A stretch of 64,000 bases of DNA, from contig OZ024744.1 of the NCBI GenBank assembly GCA_964016885.1, positions 9,796,001-9,860,000 of the forward strand, read 5' to 3'. The position numbers and the translations under genes are program-made. Source of the DNA: Eledone cirrhosa. Lineage: Eukaryota. The notes beneath the pieces are model-generated. The model saw nothing but the letters and a program-made list of their open reading frames with translations, was not told the origin of the DNA and made no database searches. Below are positions 10,972 through 23,513 of this stretch, one piece after another; the stretch's first letter is position 1, and each line of letters opens with the position of its first letter.

Positions 10972-11900
10972 CTTCGTCATCTCCACCGTGAGCTTCAGCG
11001 ATCTGAGGTCTGTTCTCACCACCTCCGCCCATGCTTTTCATAGTCTACCTCTACCACGTCTTCCTTCAACTGGCATTTCCTGGCACTTCTTCACCCATCG
11101 GTCATCCTCCATGCGCATCACATGTCCATACCACCTCAGTCTCCTCTCTCGAAGACTACATTCTATCCCTCTCAGACACAGTTTCTCATATTGTCTATAT
11201 GCTTCAGCTTGTACCCATGGGAGGTCGGGTACTCTGTATTACTGCGTGACGCCAGAGGTCACGGCCGTGTGTCATCGCCTTTGAGAGGTGTAATTGGGTA
11301 AGGTCGGCTTTTATCACCTCATCCCAGGTCATCTTGGGTCTCCCCACTCCGCGGTTTCTATCGACTTCTAGTGCTCTGCACCTTTTTATGCAGCTGTTAT
11401 CCTTCATACGCATCACATGTCCATACCAGCGCCACCGCCTCTCCTGCACACAGCATTTGATTCCTCTTATGCTCAGTCTCTCTCTCAATTCATTTATACT
11501 TTGTCGTTCATGTATGTTACTATTACACATCCATCGGAACATGCAGGCTTCGTTTCTCTCTAATCTACGTAAGTCTTCCACCTTCAGCGCCCAGGTCTCA
11601 CTACCATGCAACATTGCTGTTCGGATACACGCATCATACAGTCTGCCTTTCATTTTGAGGGAGATGCCTTTTGCAGCTAGCAATGGTAGTAGTTCCCTAA
11701 ACTTCTTCCATCCCGTTCTTACCCTAGTTATTGTACTTTCTGAACACCCACCTCCACTGCTAATTCGGTCACCTAGGTAGCAGAAGCTGTCTACTGTCTC
11801 TACAGGGCCCTCCCAGAGATTGGTGGTGCTTGTTTCCTTTGGCTGTTTGCTGCTTCCTGTCCCAGCACAGCTGCTGCATGTGAAGCCTACATTCTTAATT
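10972..11900 (-). mobile_element. Abutting RTE-A (10972-11188) and RTE-B (11186-11900) 3' fragments
   Basis: First part matches 6865-7080; ORF 11204-11683 is an RTE-B C-terminus (AMLHGSETW...RPPMGTS). Confidence 0.88.
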
Positions 11901-11943
11901 AATATATATTATAACCCACCCCTCTCTCTATATATATATTATA

Positions 11944-12436
11944 GGGAAGAAGGGTTTCTCCCTGCGTATAAAAGGCCGGTTATATGATGCCTGTGTGATG
12001 AGCGTGATGCTGCATGGTAGTGAGACATGGGCAGCAGCTGCAGAGGATATGCGACGGCTGGAGAGAAATGAGGCAAGCATGCTTCGTTGGATGTGTAATG
12101 TCAATGTGCGTGAACGACCCAGCATGGATGTGTTGAGAGAGAAACTGAATGTAGTGTGCGAGAGAGGAGACTGAGGTGGTATGGACATGTGATGCGCATG
12201 GAGGATGACCGATGGGTGAAGAAGTGCTAGGAAATGCCAGTTGAAGGAAGACGTGGTAGAGGGAGACCACGAAAAACATGGGCGGAGGTGGTGAGAACAG
12301 ACCTCAGATTGCTGAAGTTCACGGTGGAGATGACAAAGGACCGTGAGAAGCGGAGAGATGCTGTGCTGAATAAGACCTGTCCCACCCTTGCAAGCAGGGA
12401 AAAGCGGATGTAAAATGATGATGATGATGAAGATGA
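11944..12436 (+). mobile_element. 5'-truncated RTE-A fragment with tail
   Basis: Reverse complement of 6771-7272 with a small deletion; (gat)n tail; 5' end in (TA)n. Confidence 0.9.
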
Positions 12437-12679
12437 TATTGTTATACTTTAGGAGAGTCAGGTTGCCAATAAAAACACCCACACACCTGTTGGTTGTCAC
12501 TTCAATTTATTATAAATTTCCAGCTGGTTGGTTTCATAACCGGAAGGTTGTATATATATTGTCAAAGCTTTTTCATCACACATTCTGTGACCTCCTCAAT
12601 GACTACGTTTTTATTTTGTGTGTCTCTCCTTTGTTCTGTCCTCCACCATCTGTTGGTTGGTTTGATGGCAGTGGGTACA

Positions 12680-13400
12680 CCTTATAACTCAGCTCTTACC
12701 TTCAACGGTGGCACTGCTCCTTTGAAGGTGGTTGAGGAGACTAAAGATCTTGGTCTGCTGGTCGACTTGTCCTTCAAACCATCAAAACATTGCATTCAAG
12801 CCGCAAACAAGGCAAGGAGCTCTCTTTTTCTTATTCGATGCTCCTTTGCAAAACTTACTCCAGAAATTTTCAGGCCTCTCTATGTCGCCCTCGTGAGACC
12901 GCACCTAGAATATGGCATCCAAGCATCAAACCCATATCTCATCCGGGATATCCATCACTTGGAGAGAGTTCAACGACTAGCGACTCAAATGGTACAGGGT
13001 CTTCATGAGCTGCCCTACGAAAGCCGGCTGCAGAAGCTGAACCTCTTCTCCTTGGAGCCTCGACGGCTAAGAGGCAATCTCATTTTGGCTTACAATCTCT
13101 TCAATAGCCATTACGATCTCCCTCAAGATCTCCTATTCACTCCGGCACTTGAAAGAGGTCTACGTGGACATGACAAAAAGCTGTTTCACTGCCGCTTTCG
13201 TCTGAATAGATGGAAAGCTGCTTTCTCGATCCGCATCTTTGGACCCTGGAATCGGCTTCCAGAAGTAGTCAACGTGTCAACCACGCAACAATTCAAGGCG
13301 AAATTGGACCGGTGTTGGACCCTGTGTTTCCGACTGTGTAAATTTTGCCCCTCTCCCCTCCTTACATGGCATCTGAAGCATCTATGTTTTATTTTCTGCC
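12680..13400 (+). mobile_element. CR1-group LINE ORF2 3' fragment
   Basis: KDLGLLVD, LYVALVRPHLEY, LERVQR, RRLRGNLI, LRGH, WNRLP, FKAKLD. Confidence 0.9.
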
Positions 13401-13696
13401 AAATATATTGAATTGAAAAATGAATTGAATATTTATATATTGTCAAATCTCTTTCGCCACACATTTATTTTGTGTGTTGTGTGTTTAGTTTGTGCATGTG
13501 TTACATCCGGGTGTGTGTGTGTGTTTTTATTTATTTATTTATGCGTTTAGCTACTTGTCACTAGTTGGTTTGTTTGTTCTATCTGTGAGTGTCTGATTTG
13601 TTTTGTTAGTTTGGTTTTTGTGTCTGTCTGTATGTCTTCATTTTGTCCTTAATTACTAGTTGTAATGTTGCTATTCCACTCATGTTTTCCGTTTTC

Positions 13697-14005
13697 TGTA
13701 ATACAGAAGACCCGACTTCCTACGGGTACAAGCTGAAGCTGAAGCATATAGGCAATATGTTCGTCCACACTGTAAAGTTGTCATGTAGGTGTCACAACAA
13801 GTACCCAGTACACACTGTAAAGTAGTCATGTAGGTGTCACAACAAAAAACACCCAGTACACAGTGTAAAGTGGTCATGTAGGTGTCACAACAAAAAGCAC
13901 CCAGTACACACTGTAGAGTGGTCATGTAGGTGTCATGAGAAAAAGCACCCAGCCCTCACTGTAAAGTGGTCATATAGGTGTCACAACAAAAAGCACCCAG
14001 TCCAC
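13697..14005 (+). repeat. RTE-B ORF end followed by ~5 copies of the 49-bp unit
   Basis: taatacagaagacccgacttcc...caagctga (RTE-B stop) then cacactgtaaagtggtcatgtaggtgtcacaacaaaaagcacccagt repeats. Confidence 0.85.
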
Positions 14006-14125
14006 GGACTGAGTTCAAATCCCCCCGAGGTTAACTTTGCCTTTCATCCTTACGGGATCGATAAAATAAAGTACCAGTAATGTATTGGGTAATTGCTGGC
14101 CTTGTGCCATAAGTAGAAACAATTA

Positions 14126-15196
14126 TTTATTTTGAGAATAATACCTTAACATCAGTATGACTGATCAGTTACAGCTGGTTTGAACCGAAAGAGGTGAGAG
14201 AATTCTGGCTGGATATGGCCAGTTTAATCGTTTAGTATTTACATTACTCTATATATACTATTGTATTTTCACAATAAAGGCTTTACCTCACATAACATCT
14301 CACATAACATTTACATTACTCTATATATACTATTGTATTTTCACAGTAAAGGCTTTACCTCACAATATCTCACATAACATTCACATTACTCTATATATAC
14401 TATTGTATTTTCACAGTAAAGGCTTTACCTCACATCATATCTCACATAACATTTACATTACTCTATATATACTATTGTATTTTCACAGTAAAGGCTTTAC
14501 CTCACATAATATCTCACATAACATTCACATTACTCTATATATACTATTGTATTTTCACAGTAAAGGCTTTACCTCACATCATATCTCACATAACATTTAC
14601 ATTACTCTATATATACTATTGTATTTTCACAGTAAAGGCTTTACCTCACATAATATCTCACATAACATTCACATTACTCTATATATACTATTGTATTTTC
14701 ACAGTAAAGGCTTTACCTCACATCATATCTCACATAACATTTACATTACTCTATATATACTATTGTATTTTCACAGTAAAGGCTTTACCTCACATAATAT
14801 CTCACATAACATTTACATTACTCTATATATACTGTTGTATTGTCACAGTAAAGGCTTTACCTCACATAATATCTCACATAGCATTTACATTACTCTATAT
14901 ATACTATAGTATTGTCACAGTAAAGGCTTTACCTCACATAACATCTCACATAACATTTACATTACTCTATATATACTATTGTATTGTCACAGTAAAGGCT
15001 TTACCTCACATAATATCTCACATAACATTTACATTACTCTATATATACTATTGTATTGTCACAGTAAAGGCTTTACCTCACATAATATCTCACATAACAT
15101 TTACATTACTCTATATATACTATTGTATTGTCACAGTAAAGGCTTTACCTCACATAACATTGATTCTAGGACATTTTGATATTTATTTTGAGAACA
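14126..15196 (+). repeat. 72-bp tandem array (~13 copies, 14237-15160) within a MITE-like element
   Basis: Unit tttacattactctatatatactattgtattttcacagtaaaggctttacctcacataatatctcacataaca; same unit (~2 copies) with homologous flank at 49090-49380. Confidence 0.9.
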
Positions 15197-15438
15197 AGTT
15201 GGAGAAAGGATTAACCTGCAGTTTCTGTGATATTTTGAAGAACAAGATATGCAGAAAAATCACAAAATTAAGTTGTTTAATAGGAAGAGTTTCTGTGAGT
15301 GAGGAAGGGGGTAATGTTGCATTAAGTCAGGCAGATGTAAATACTGTGGGCTTGTTAGAGTTTCTAGCAAAACAAATAGGATATTGTTTGAAAGTCACAA
15401 AACATTCTTCAACCTATATTACCATACTAGCTGAATGA

Positions 15439-16125
15439 CCATCATCACTGTTTTACGTCCATTCTTCCATGCTAACATGAGTTAGACAGGTTGCCAGATC
15501 AAGTGACCATGTTTTGCCCATACAGGACTGATTTTGGCTTGATTTCTACAGCTGAATGTCTTTCTAACACCAACTTCATTTACAGTGTGTGGACTGTGTG
15601 ATTTTTGTTGACACCTACATGACCACTTTACAGTGTGTGGACTGCGTGATTTTTGTTGTGACACCTACATGACCACTTTACAGTGTGGACTGGGTACTTG
15701 TTGTGACACCTACATGACCACTTAACAGTGTGTACTGGATACTTTTTGTTGTGACACCTACATGACCACTTTACAGTGTGGACTGCGTGATTTTTGTTGT
15801 GACACCTACATGACCACTTTACAGTGTAGACTGGGTACTTTTTGTTGTGACACCTACATGACCACTTTACAGTGTGGACTGGGTACATTTTGTTGTGACA
15901 CCTACATGACCACTTTACAGTGTGTGGACTGCGTGATTTTTGTTGTGACACCTACATGACCACTTTACAGTGTGGACTGGGTACTTGTGATACCTACATG
16001 ACCACTTTACAGTGTGGACTGGGTACTTCTTGTCATGACACCTACATGAATACTTTACAGTGTGGACTGGGTGATTTTTCTCATGACACTTTACATGACC
16101 ACTTTACAGTGTGGACTGGATGATT
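15439..16125 (-). repeat. RTE-type tail plus ~11 copies of the 49-bp unit
   Basis: catcatc-actgttttacgtcc tail, cttgatttctacagctg cassette, then gaccactttacagtgtggactgggtactttttgttgtgacacctacat repeats. Confidence 0.88.
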
Positions 16126-16341
16126 TTTAAATAATATCAAAATAACACACAAATATATTCACATATATATATCTGTACACAGCTGTAACTATGTCCATTT
16201 GTCTACACTCAATATATTCATGTTATATATATATACTAGTGTGGCACCCAGTACACACTGTAATCCAACTTATTTTACAAACGGGGTAAAAAAATATATT
16301 CTGGACGCAATCCAGCACTCCTTTCTTTATTATAGTTAAGA

Positions 16342-16849
16342 CTAGCAGATTTACCCGGCGTTGCCCGGGGTTTGAAATTATGCTAAGAATATACAGCTAG
16401 GAAGTAAAAGAAGAAAATTAGCAACTTTAAGTTTGAATGGAAAATCCCATAAGGATTTATTTTTTTATGGGTTTGCTGACTTAAAAGAAAATCAATGTTC
16501 GCTTAAGAGCCTTGTAGTACAGAGAATAAACACCTACAATTTTGTTGTGAGTGACAAAAAAATGTGCAAGCTACAGCTGAAAAGTTGTAGATCCCAACAG
16601 TTTGAATGGAAAGACCTATCAAGATTTTGTTTTGATTGATTTCTACCTTACATCATGCACTTTAGAAAAAATAATTTTGCTATCGATTTTTTTATTGCTC
16701 AACATGGGTCGATTTGAAAAATATTTGTGATGTGAACATCTTAGCGACAGGTGCAACGTGCACAGAAAATTTGGTCAAATTCGGTTGGGAATTGTAAAAG
16801 CCTTCGCTGTCCACACACACACACACATCCTCGCTTTTATATATATAGA
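16342..16849 (-). mobile_element. Complete non-autonomous Helitron (~508 bp)
   Basis: Minus strand starts A|TCTATATATATAAAAG and ends cccggg-caacg-ccgggtaaatctgCTAG|T (subterminal hairpin, A/T target, no TSD). Confidence 0.85.
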
Positions 16850-16854
16850 TTGCA

Positions 16855-17583
16855 TGAAGTTGATAGCTTCCGGTACCTAGGTAGGGTTAGGGTGTTCAAC
16901 TTGACTATAGCAGAAGAGAACACCCTAACCCTTGTTCATTAGCATGGGAGAGGGGTGTTCCGAGGCCATAGTATCTAGAATAAGGACGGGTTGGAAGAAG
17001 TTTAGGGAGCTGCTTCCTCTGCTGACGAAGAAGGGTTTCTCCCTGCGTACGAAAGGCCTGTGTGAGAGAAGTGGTTGATAGCTTCCGCTACCTAGGTGAT
17101 CAGATTAGCATGGGAGGGGGCTGTTCTGAAGCCATAGTATCTAGAATGGTAGTGTGACATGGGCAGCAACTGCAGAGGATATGCGACAGCTGGAGAGAAA
17201 TGAGGTAAGCGTGCTCCGTTGGATGTGCAATGTCAATGTGCGTGAACGACCAAGCTTGAATGTGTTGAGAGAGAAACTGTGTCTGAGAGGGATAGAATGT
17301 AGTGTACGGGAGAGGAGACTGAGGTGGTATGGACATGTGATGCGCATGGAGGATGACCGATGGCTGAAGAAGTGCCAGGAAATACCAGTTGAAGGAAGAC
17401 GTAGTAGAGGTAGACCACGAAAAACATGGGCGGAGGTGGTGAGAACAGACCTCAGATCGCTGAAGCTCAAGGAGGAGATAACAACGGACTGTGACATGTG
17501 GAGAGATGCTGTGCTAAATAGGAGATGTCCCACCCACCCTTGCTAACAGGGAAAAGCGGACGTAAAATGATGACGATGATGAT
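16855..17583 (+). mobile_element. Rearranged RTE-A 3' fragment with tail
   Basis: DSFRYLG segment present twice (16860, 17077); ORF 17154-17546 RTE-A C-terminus; (gat)n tail. Confidence 0.85.
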
Positions 17584-17747
17584 GCATGGCTTAGTGCTTA
17601 GAGCATTGGGCTTACAATCGAAAAGTTGTGAGTTCAATTCTCGGACCGGGTGATGTGTTGTTTCCTTGAGCAAGACACTTTATTTCACGTTGCTCCAGTT
17701 TACTCAGCTGTAGAAATGAAATGATAGGGACTGTGGTCCCTATCATT
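17584..17747 (+). mobile_element. tRNA-SINE family 1, 5' part
   Basis: A box tggcttagtgc, B box gagttcaattc, ccttgagcaagacactt, hairpin atgatagggac..gtccctatcat. Confidence 0.85.
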
Positions 17748-17976
17748 AAATCACCCAAGATACCTCCAGTGAGATATACATTGGAGGAGGCCAGCTAAAC
17801 CTGCATAGGTGTGAACTGTCACACACCCACACACACATATAGAGTATAGAGTTTATATATAGAGTGTGAAGGGGTTAGAGCATTGGGCTTGCAATCGAAA
17901 GGTTGTGAGTTCAATTCTCAGACCTAAGGGTGGTTTTTCTGCTAGTACTAATAAATTTTTTTTATTCTTCTTTCAG

Positions 17977-18060
17977 ATAATCGCACCGTAGCTAGCTTGA
18001 TTGAACAATACGATGCGGAAAATAAAAAATATACTGTTACCCACCAGGAGAAGAAAAAGA
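17977..18060 (+). CDS. Internal coding exon of an unidentified host gene (84 nt, phase 1-1): NRTVASLIEQYDAENKKYTVTHQEKKK
   Basis: tttttttattcttctttcAG acceptor, GTAAGT donor, open frame, non-repetitive, phase matches exon at 40557. Confidence 0.75.
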
Positions 18061-18134
18061 GTAAGTGAGAAAGGAATTTCGTTTTCTTACAATTTTTGCT
18101 TCAGGTCATGGCACCAGCAATGCCTCCTTACAGT

Positions 18135-20372
18135 ATGTGTTTACTGTTCAGGGTTGAGATCTGTTGACTGTACATGGGTGACATCTGTACAGGGTTGAGA
18201 TCTGTTGACTGTACATGGGTGACATCTGTACAGGGTTGACATCTGTTGACTGTACATGGGTGACATCTGTACAGGGCTGACATCTGTTGACTGTACATGG
18301 GTGACATCTGTTTACTGTACATGGGTGACATCTGTACAGGGTTGACATCTGTTTACTGTACAGGGTGACATCTGTTGACTGTACATGGGTGACATCTGTA
18401 CAGGGTTGACATCTGTTGACTGTACATGGGTGACATCTGTACAGGGTTGACATCTGTTGACTGTACATGGGTGACATCTGTACAGGGTTGACATCTGTTT
18501 ACTGTACAGGGTGACATCTGTTGACTGTACATGGGTGACATCTGTACAGGGTTGACATCTGTTGACTACATGGGTTACATCTGTACAGGGTTGACATCTG
18601 TTGACTACATGGGTGACATCTGTTTACTGTACATGGGTGACATCTGTTTACTGTACAGGGTGACATCTGTTGACTGTATATGGGTGACATCAGTACAAGG
18701 TTGACATCTGTTGACTGTACATGGGTGACATCTGTACAGGGCTGACATCTGTTGACTGTACATGGGCGCTGACATCTGTACAGGGCTGACATCTGTTGAC
18801 TGTACATGGGTGACATCTGTACAGAGCTGACATCTGTTGACTGTACATGGGTGACATCTGTACAGGGTTGACATCTGTTGACTACATGGGTGACATCTGT
18901 ACAGGGTTGACATCTGTTGACTACATGGGTGACATCTGTTTACTGTACATGGGTGACATCTGTTTACTGTACAGGGTGACATCTGTTGACTGTATATGGG
19001 TGACATCTGTACAAGGTTGACATCTGTTGACTGTACATGGGTGACATCTGTACAGGGCTGACATCTGTTGACTGTACATGGGCGCTGACATCTGTACAGG
19101 GCTGACATCTGTTGACTGTACATGGGTGACATCTGTACAGAGCTGACATCTGTTGACTGTACATGGGTGACATCTGTTTACTGTACATGGGTGACATCTG
19201 TACAGGGTTGACATCTGTTTACTGTACAGGGGGACATCTGTTGACTGTACATGGGTGACATCTGTACAGGGTTGACATCTGTTGACTGTACATGAGTGAC
19301 ATCTGTACAGGGCTGACATCTGTTGACTGTACATGGGTGACATCTGTTGACTGTACATGGGTGACATCTGTATAGGGTTGACATCTGTTTACTGTACAGG
19401 GTGACATCTGTTGACTGTACATGGGTTGACATCTGTTGACTACATGGGTGACATCTGTTTACAGTACATGGGTGACATCTGTTTATTGTACAGGGTGACA
19501 TCTGTTTACTGTACAGGGTGACATCTGTTGACTGTATATGGGTGACATCTGTACAGGGTTGACATCTGTTGACTGTACATGGGTGACATCTGTACAGGGC
19601 TGACATCTGTTGACACTTTACTGTACAGGGTTGACATCTGTTGACTGTACATGGGTGAAATCTGTACAGGGTTGACATATGTTGACTGTACATGGGTGAC
19701 ATCTGTACAAGGTTGACATCTGTTGACTACATGGGTGACATCTGTTTACTGTACATGGGTGACATCTGTTTACTGTACAGGGTGACATCTGTTGACTGTA
19801 CATGGGTGACATCTGTTTACTGTACATAGGTGACATCTGTACAGGGTTGACTTCTGTTTACTGTACAGGGTGAGATCTGTTTACTGTACATGGATGACAT
19901 CTGTACAGTGTTGAGATCTGTTTACTGTACATGGATGACATCTGTACAGGGTTGACATATGTTGACTGTACATGGGTGACATCTATACAGGATTGACATG
20001 TGTTGACTCTACATGAGTGACATCTGTACAGGGTTGACATCTGTTGACACTTTACTCTACAGGGCTGACATCTCTTTACTTTACATGGGTGACATCTGTA
20101 CAGGGTTGAGATCTGTTGACTGTTCGTGGGTGACATCTGTTGACACTTTACTGTACAGGCGTGACATCTGTTGACTGTACATGGGTGACATCTGTACAGG
20201 GTTGACATCTATTGACACTTTACTGTACAGGGGTGACATCTGTTCACACCTTATTGTACAGGGGTGACATCTGTTCACAATTTACTGTACAGGGGTGACA
20301 TCTGTTGACACTTTACTATACAGGGGTGGCATCTGTTGACACTTTACTGTACAGGGGTGATATCTGTTCACT
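18135..20372. repeat. Composite minisatellite of ~24-bp (gacatctgttgactgtacatgggt) and ~17-bp (gacatctgtacagggtt) subunits
   Basis: Visible periodicity over ~2.2 kb; a 316-bp higher-order duplication (near-identical ORFs starting 18816 and 19132). Confidence 0.93.
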
Positions 20373-20379
20373 GTTGGTG

Positions 20380-20567
20380 ACCCCTAACCCTTGACTATAA
20401 CAGAAGACCCCTAACTTGACTATAAGATCCCTAACTGGACTATAACAGAAGGCCCTAACCCTTGACCATAGCAGAAGACCCTAACACGAACCCTAACCCA
20501 AACCCAAACCCTAACCCAAACCCTAACCAAACCCTAACCCAAACCCTAACCAAACCCTAACCCTAAC
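20380..20567 (-). repeat. Interstitial telomere-like repeats (CCCTAA/CCCAAA) preceded by ccctaac-ttgactata units
   Basis: ccctaacccaaacccaaaccctaacccaaaccctaa... at 20490-20566. Confidence 0.8.
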
Positions 20568-20774
20568 ATTTGGTGTGTTTACTGTGCGGGGCTAACATCT
20601 GGTCACTGTTAACTATTCATTACCTTTGACCCTAAAGCACATTTTTATGTGACCTTTGCCCATGACTGTACAGGGTTAATGTAAATCATCTATAAATTAT
20701 TTTACTCTAAAACTAGCTTTTAAATTCTTAATGCCAAATTGTGTATGTGTACACATATATATATATATAGATAT

Positions 20775-21302
20775 ATCATCATCATCATCACCGTTTTACG
20801 TCCGTTCTTCTATGCTAGCATGGGTTAGACGGGTTGTCCTGTTGTGGGCAGTGCCCGGTCGGCTGACCATGCCTTGCTCATATGGAAACTGATTCTGGCT
20901 TGATTTCTACAGCTGGATGCCGTTCCTAACACCAACCTCATTTACAGTGAGTGCTGCATGCTTTTTTGCCGTTGCGCCTACACGTCCACTTTAGAGTGTG
21001 GGCTGGGTGCTTTTTTGCCGTGGCAGCTCCACAACCACTTTACAGTGTGGGCTGGGTGCTTTTTTTCCATGGCGCCTACACGTCCATTTTGCAGTGTGGG
21101 CTGGGTGCTTTTTTGCCGTGGCACCTGCACGTCCACTTTGCAGTGGAATGATAGGGCCCCAGTCCTATCATCTCATTTCTACAGCTGAGTAAACTGGAGC
21201 AATCTGAAATAAAGTGTCTTGCTCAAAGAAACAACACATCACCCGGTCTGAGAATTGAACACACAACCTTTCGATTGCAAGGCTCTAACCACTGAACCAT
21301 GA
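20775..21302 (-). mobile_element. tRNA-SINE family 1 with RTE-B-type tail and ~4 copies of the 49-bp unit
   Basis: Head at ~21250-21302, hairpin near 21150, units 20940-21145, (cat)n tail; flanked by (TA)n on both sides. Confidence 0.88.
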
Positions 21303-21323
21303 ACTATATACATATATATATAC

Positions 21324-21354
<31 letters not shown>

Positions 21355-21355
21355 C

Positions 21356-21400
<45 letters not shown>

Positions 21401-21477
21401 CATATATATATATAAAAATATATATATATGAATATATATATGTATATACATATGTATATATATGTATATATATATAT

Positions 21478-23460
21478 ATGGCGTAGCAGCATCATCGTTA
21501 ACTGTTACAAGGGTAAAGGAGACACCCTAGATAGGAGTAACTATAGAGGCATTAAATTAATCGACCAGGTCATGAAGGTCACGGAAAAAGTAATAGCGCA
21601 ACTAATCAGAGAGAGAATTGATCTAGATGAAATGCAGTTCGGGTTTGTGTCAGGCAAAAGTACCACAGACGCTCTCTTCATTGTACGACAACTACAGGAG
21701 AAGTACCTAGCTAAAAGTAAACCCCTATACTTAGCTTTTGTCGACTTGGGAAAGCCTTCGACAGAGTCCCCCGTTCCATTATCTGGTGGGCTCTTAGAAA
21801 ACTAGGTGTTGACGAATGGCTTGTGAGAGCCATACAAGCCATGTATAAAGAAACAGTCAGCAAGGTTAGAATTAACAACGAATATAGTGAAGAGTTTAGC
21901 GTAAAAGTTGGTGTCCGTCAGGGCTCTGTTCTTAGCCCCCTACTATTTATTATTGCCCTTCAGGCTATAACAGAGGAGTTCAATACCGGCTGCCCATGGG
22001 AACTCCTATACGCAGACGACCTAACACTCATAGCTGAATCAATGGCTGAGCTAGAGAAGAAATTCCAAACATGGAAGCACGGCCTAGAATCAAAAGGCCT
22101 TAAAATTAACCTGGCTAAGACTAAAGTTCTAGTTTGTAAGAAAGAAAATAAGGCGCCGGTCCCCTCCGGGAACTGGCCATGCTCAGTGTGTAGGAAAGGC
22201 GTAGGTAGAAACTCCATTTTATGTCCCAAATGCAAAGTATGGGTGCATAAAAGATGTAGTGGGATCACAAGTAAGCTAACTAAGAACACAGATTTTACAT
22301 GTGGCCGGTGCTCTGGTGCAATAAGTAGCAGCAAGTGCCCACAAAATACTAACTCTTTCAATTGCGCAGAGGGTTCTATAGAAATAGTGGACAGCTTCCG
22401 TTACCTGGGTGACAAAATCAGCAGTGGGGGAGGGTGCTCTGAAAGTACAGTAGCTAGAGTCAGAACTGGATGGAAAAAGTTCAGAGAGCTTATACCACTA
22501 TTAGCCGCTAAAGGGTTCTCCCTAAAAATGAAAAGCAGGTTGTATAATGCCTGCATACGAACAGCAATGTTGCATGGCAGTGAGACCTGGGCATTGTGTG
22601 CAAAGGATATACGCAGACTAGAGAGGAACGAAGCTTGCATGCTCCGTTGGATGTGTAATAGTAATATACGTGAACGGCAAAGCATAAACGAACTAAGGAA
22701 AAAATTAGAAATAAGAGGGATCAGATGTTGTTTACTCGAGAGAAGGCTACGTTGGTATGGTCACGTGATGCGCATGAAAGACGACAGCTGTATAACAAAG
22801 TGCAGGGCAATAAAGATAGATGGTAGCCACGGAGTAGGCAGACCCAGGAAAACCTGGGACGAGCTGATAAATTCCGACCTCACACACTTACACCTCTCCA
22901 AGACAATGTCACTAGACCGAGACCATTGGCGGTACTCAGTAACAGAGAAGACCCGCCTCACCTAAATACAAAGTAAAACCTACTAGTCAGTAGGCATCTC
23001 TAACAAAATACAACCCCGTCCCACCCCATCCACACCGCCCCCTTCAATGCAAAGTTATGTTGGTGCCACAACATCCAGGCCGAAACAAACAAGATCGTGT
23101 AGGTGTCATGACAAAAAAAAACACACAGTCCACGCTGTAATGTGACCGTGTAGACAACACGGTAAAAACCTCCCAGTCCCACACTGTAAATGTGGTTGGT
23201 GTTAGGAAGGGCATCCAGCTGTAGAAAACCCGCCAGACAGTCCACGCTGTAATGTGGCCGTGTAGGCAACACGGTAAAAACCTCCCAGCCCCACACTGTA
23301 AATGTGGTTGGTGTTAGGAAGGGCATCCAGCTGTAGAAAACCCGCCAGACAGTCCTATGCGAGCAAGACAACCACTCTTGCCTCAAGTGGGAAAACCTCC
23401 GTCCAAACCCATGCAAGCGTGGAACAGGGACGTTAAACGATGATGATGATGATGATGATA
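21478..23460 (+). mobile_element. 5'-truncated RTE family C LINE (RT, PHD, C-terminus, 3' UTR with 112-bp duplication)
   Basis: ORFs 21428-21805 and 21823-22965 (YADD, WPCSVC..HKRC..CGRC); frameshift near 21750; (gat)n tail. Confidence 0.94.
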
Positions 23461-23513
23461 TATATATATGTATGTATATTTGTATATATATGTCTATATA
23501 TATGTATATATAT

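Noticed and set aside
14403-15179. ORFs with a 24-aa repeat (LYFHSKGFTSH...)
   Set aside because: Incidental reading of a 72-bp tandem array; no splice signals or protein similarity recognised.
18128-20278. Cys/His-rich ORFs (RCHPCTVN)
   Set aside because: Minisatellite translations that shift frame between subunits.
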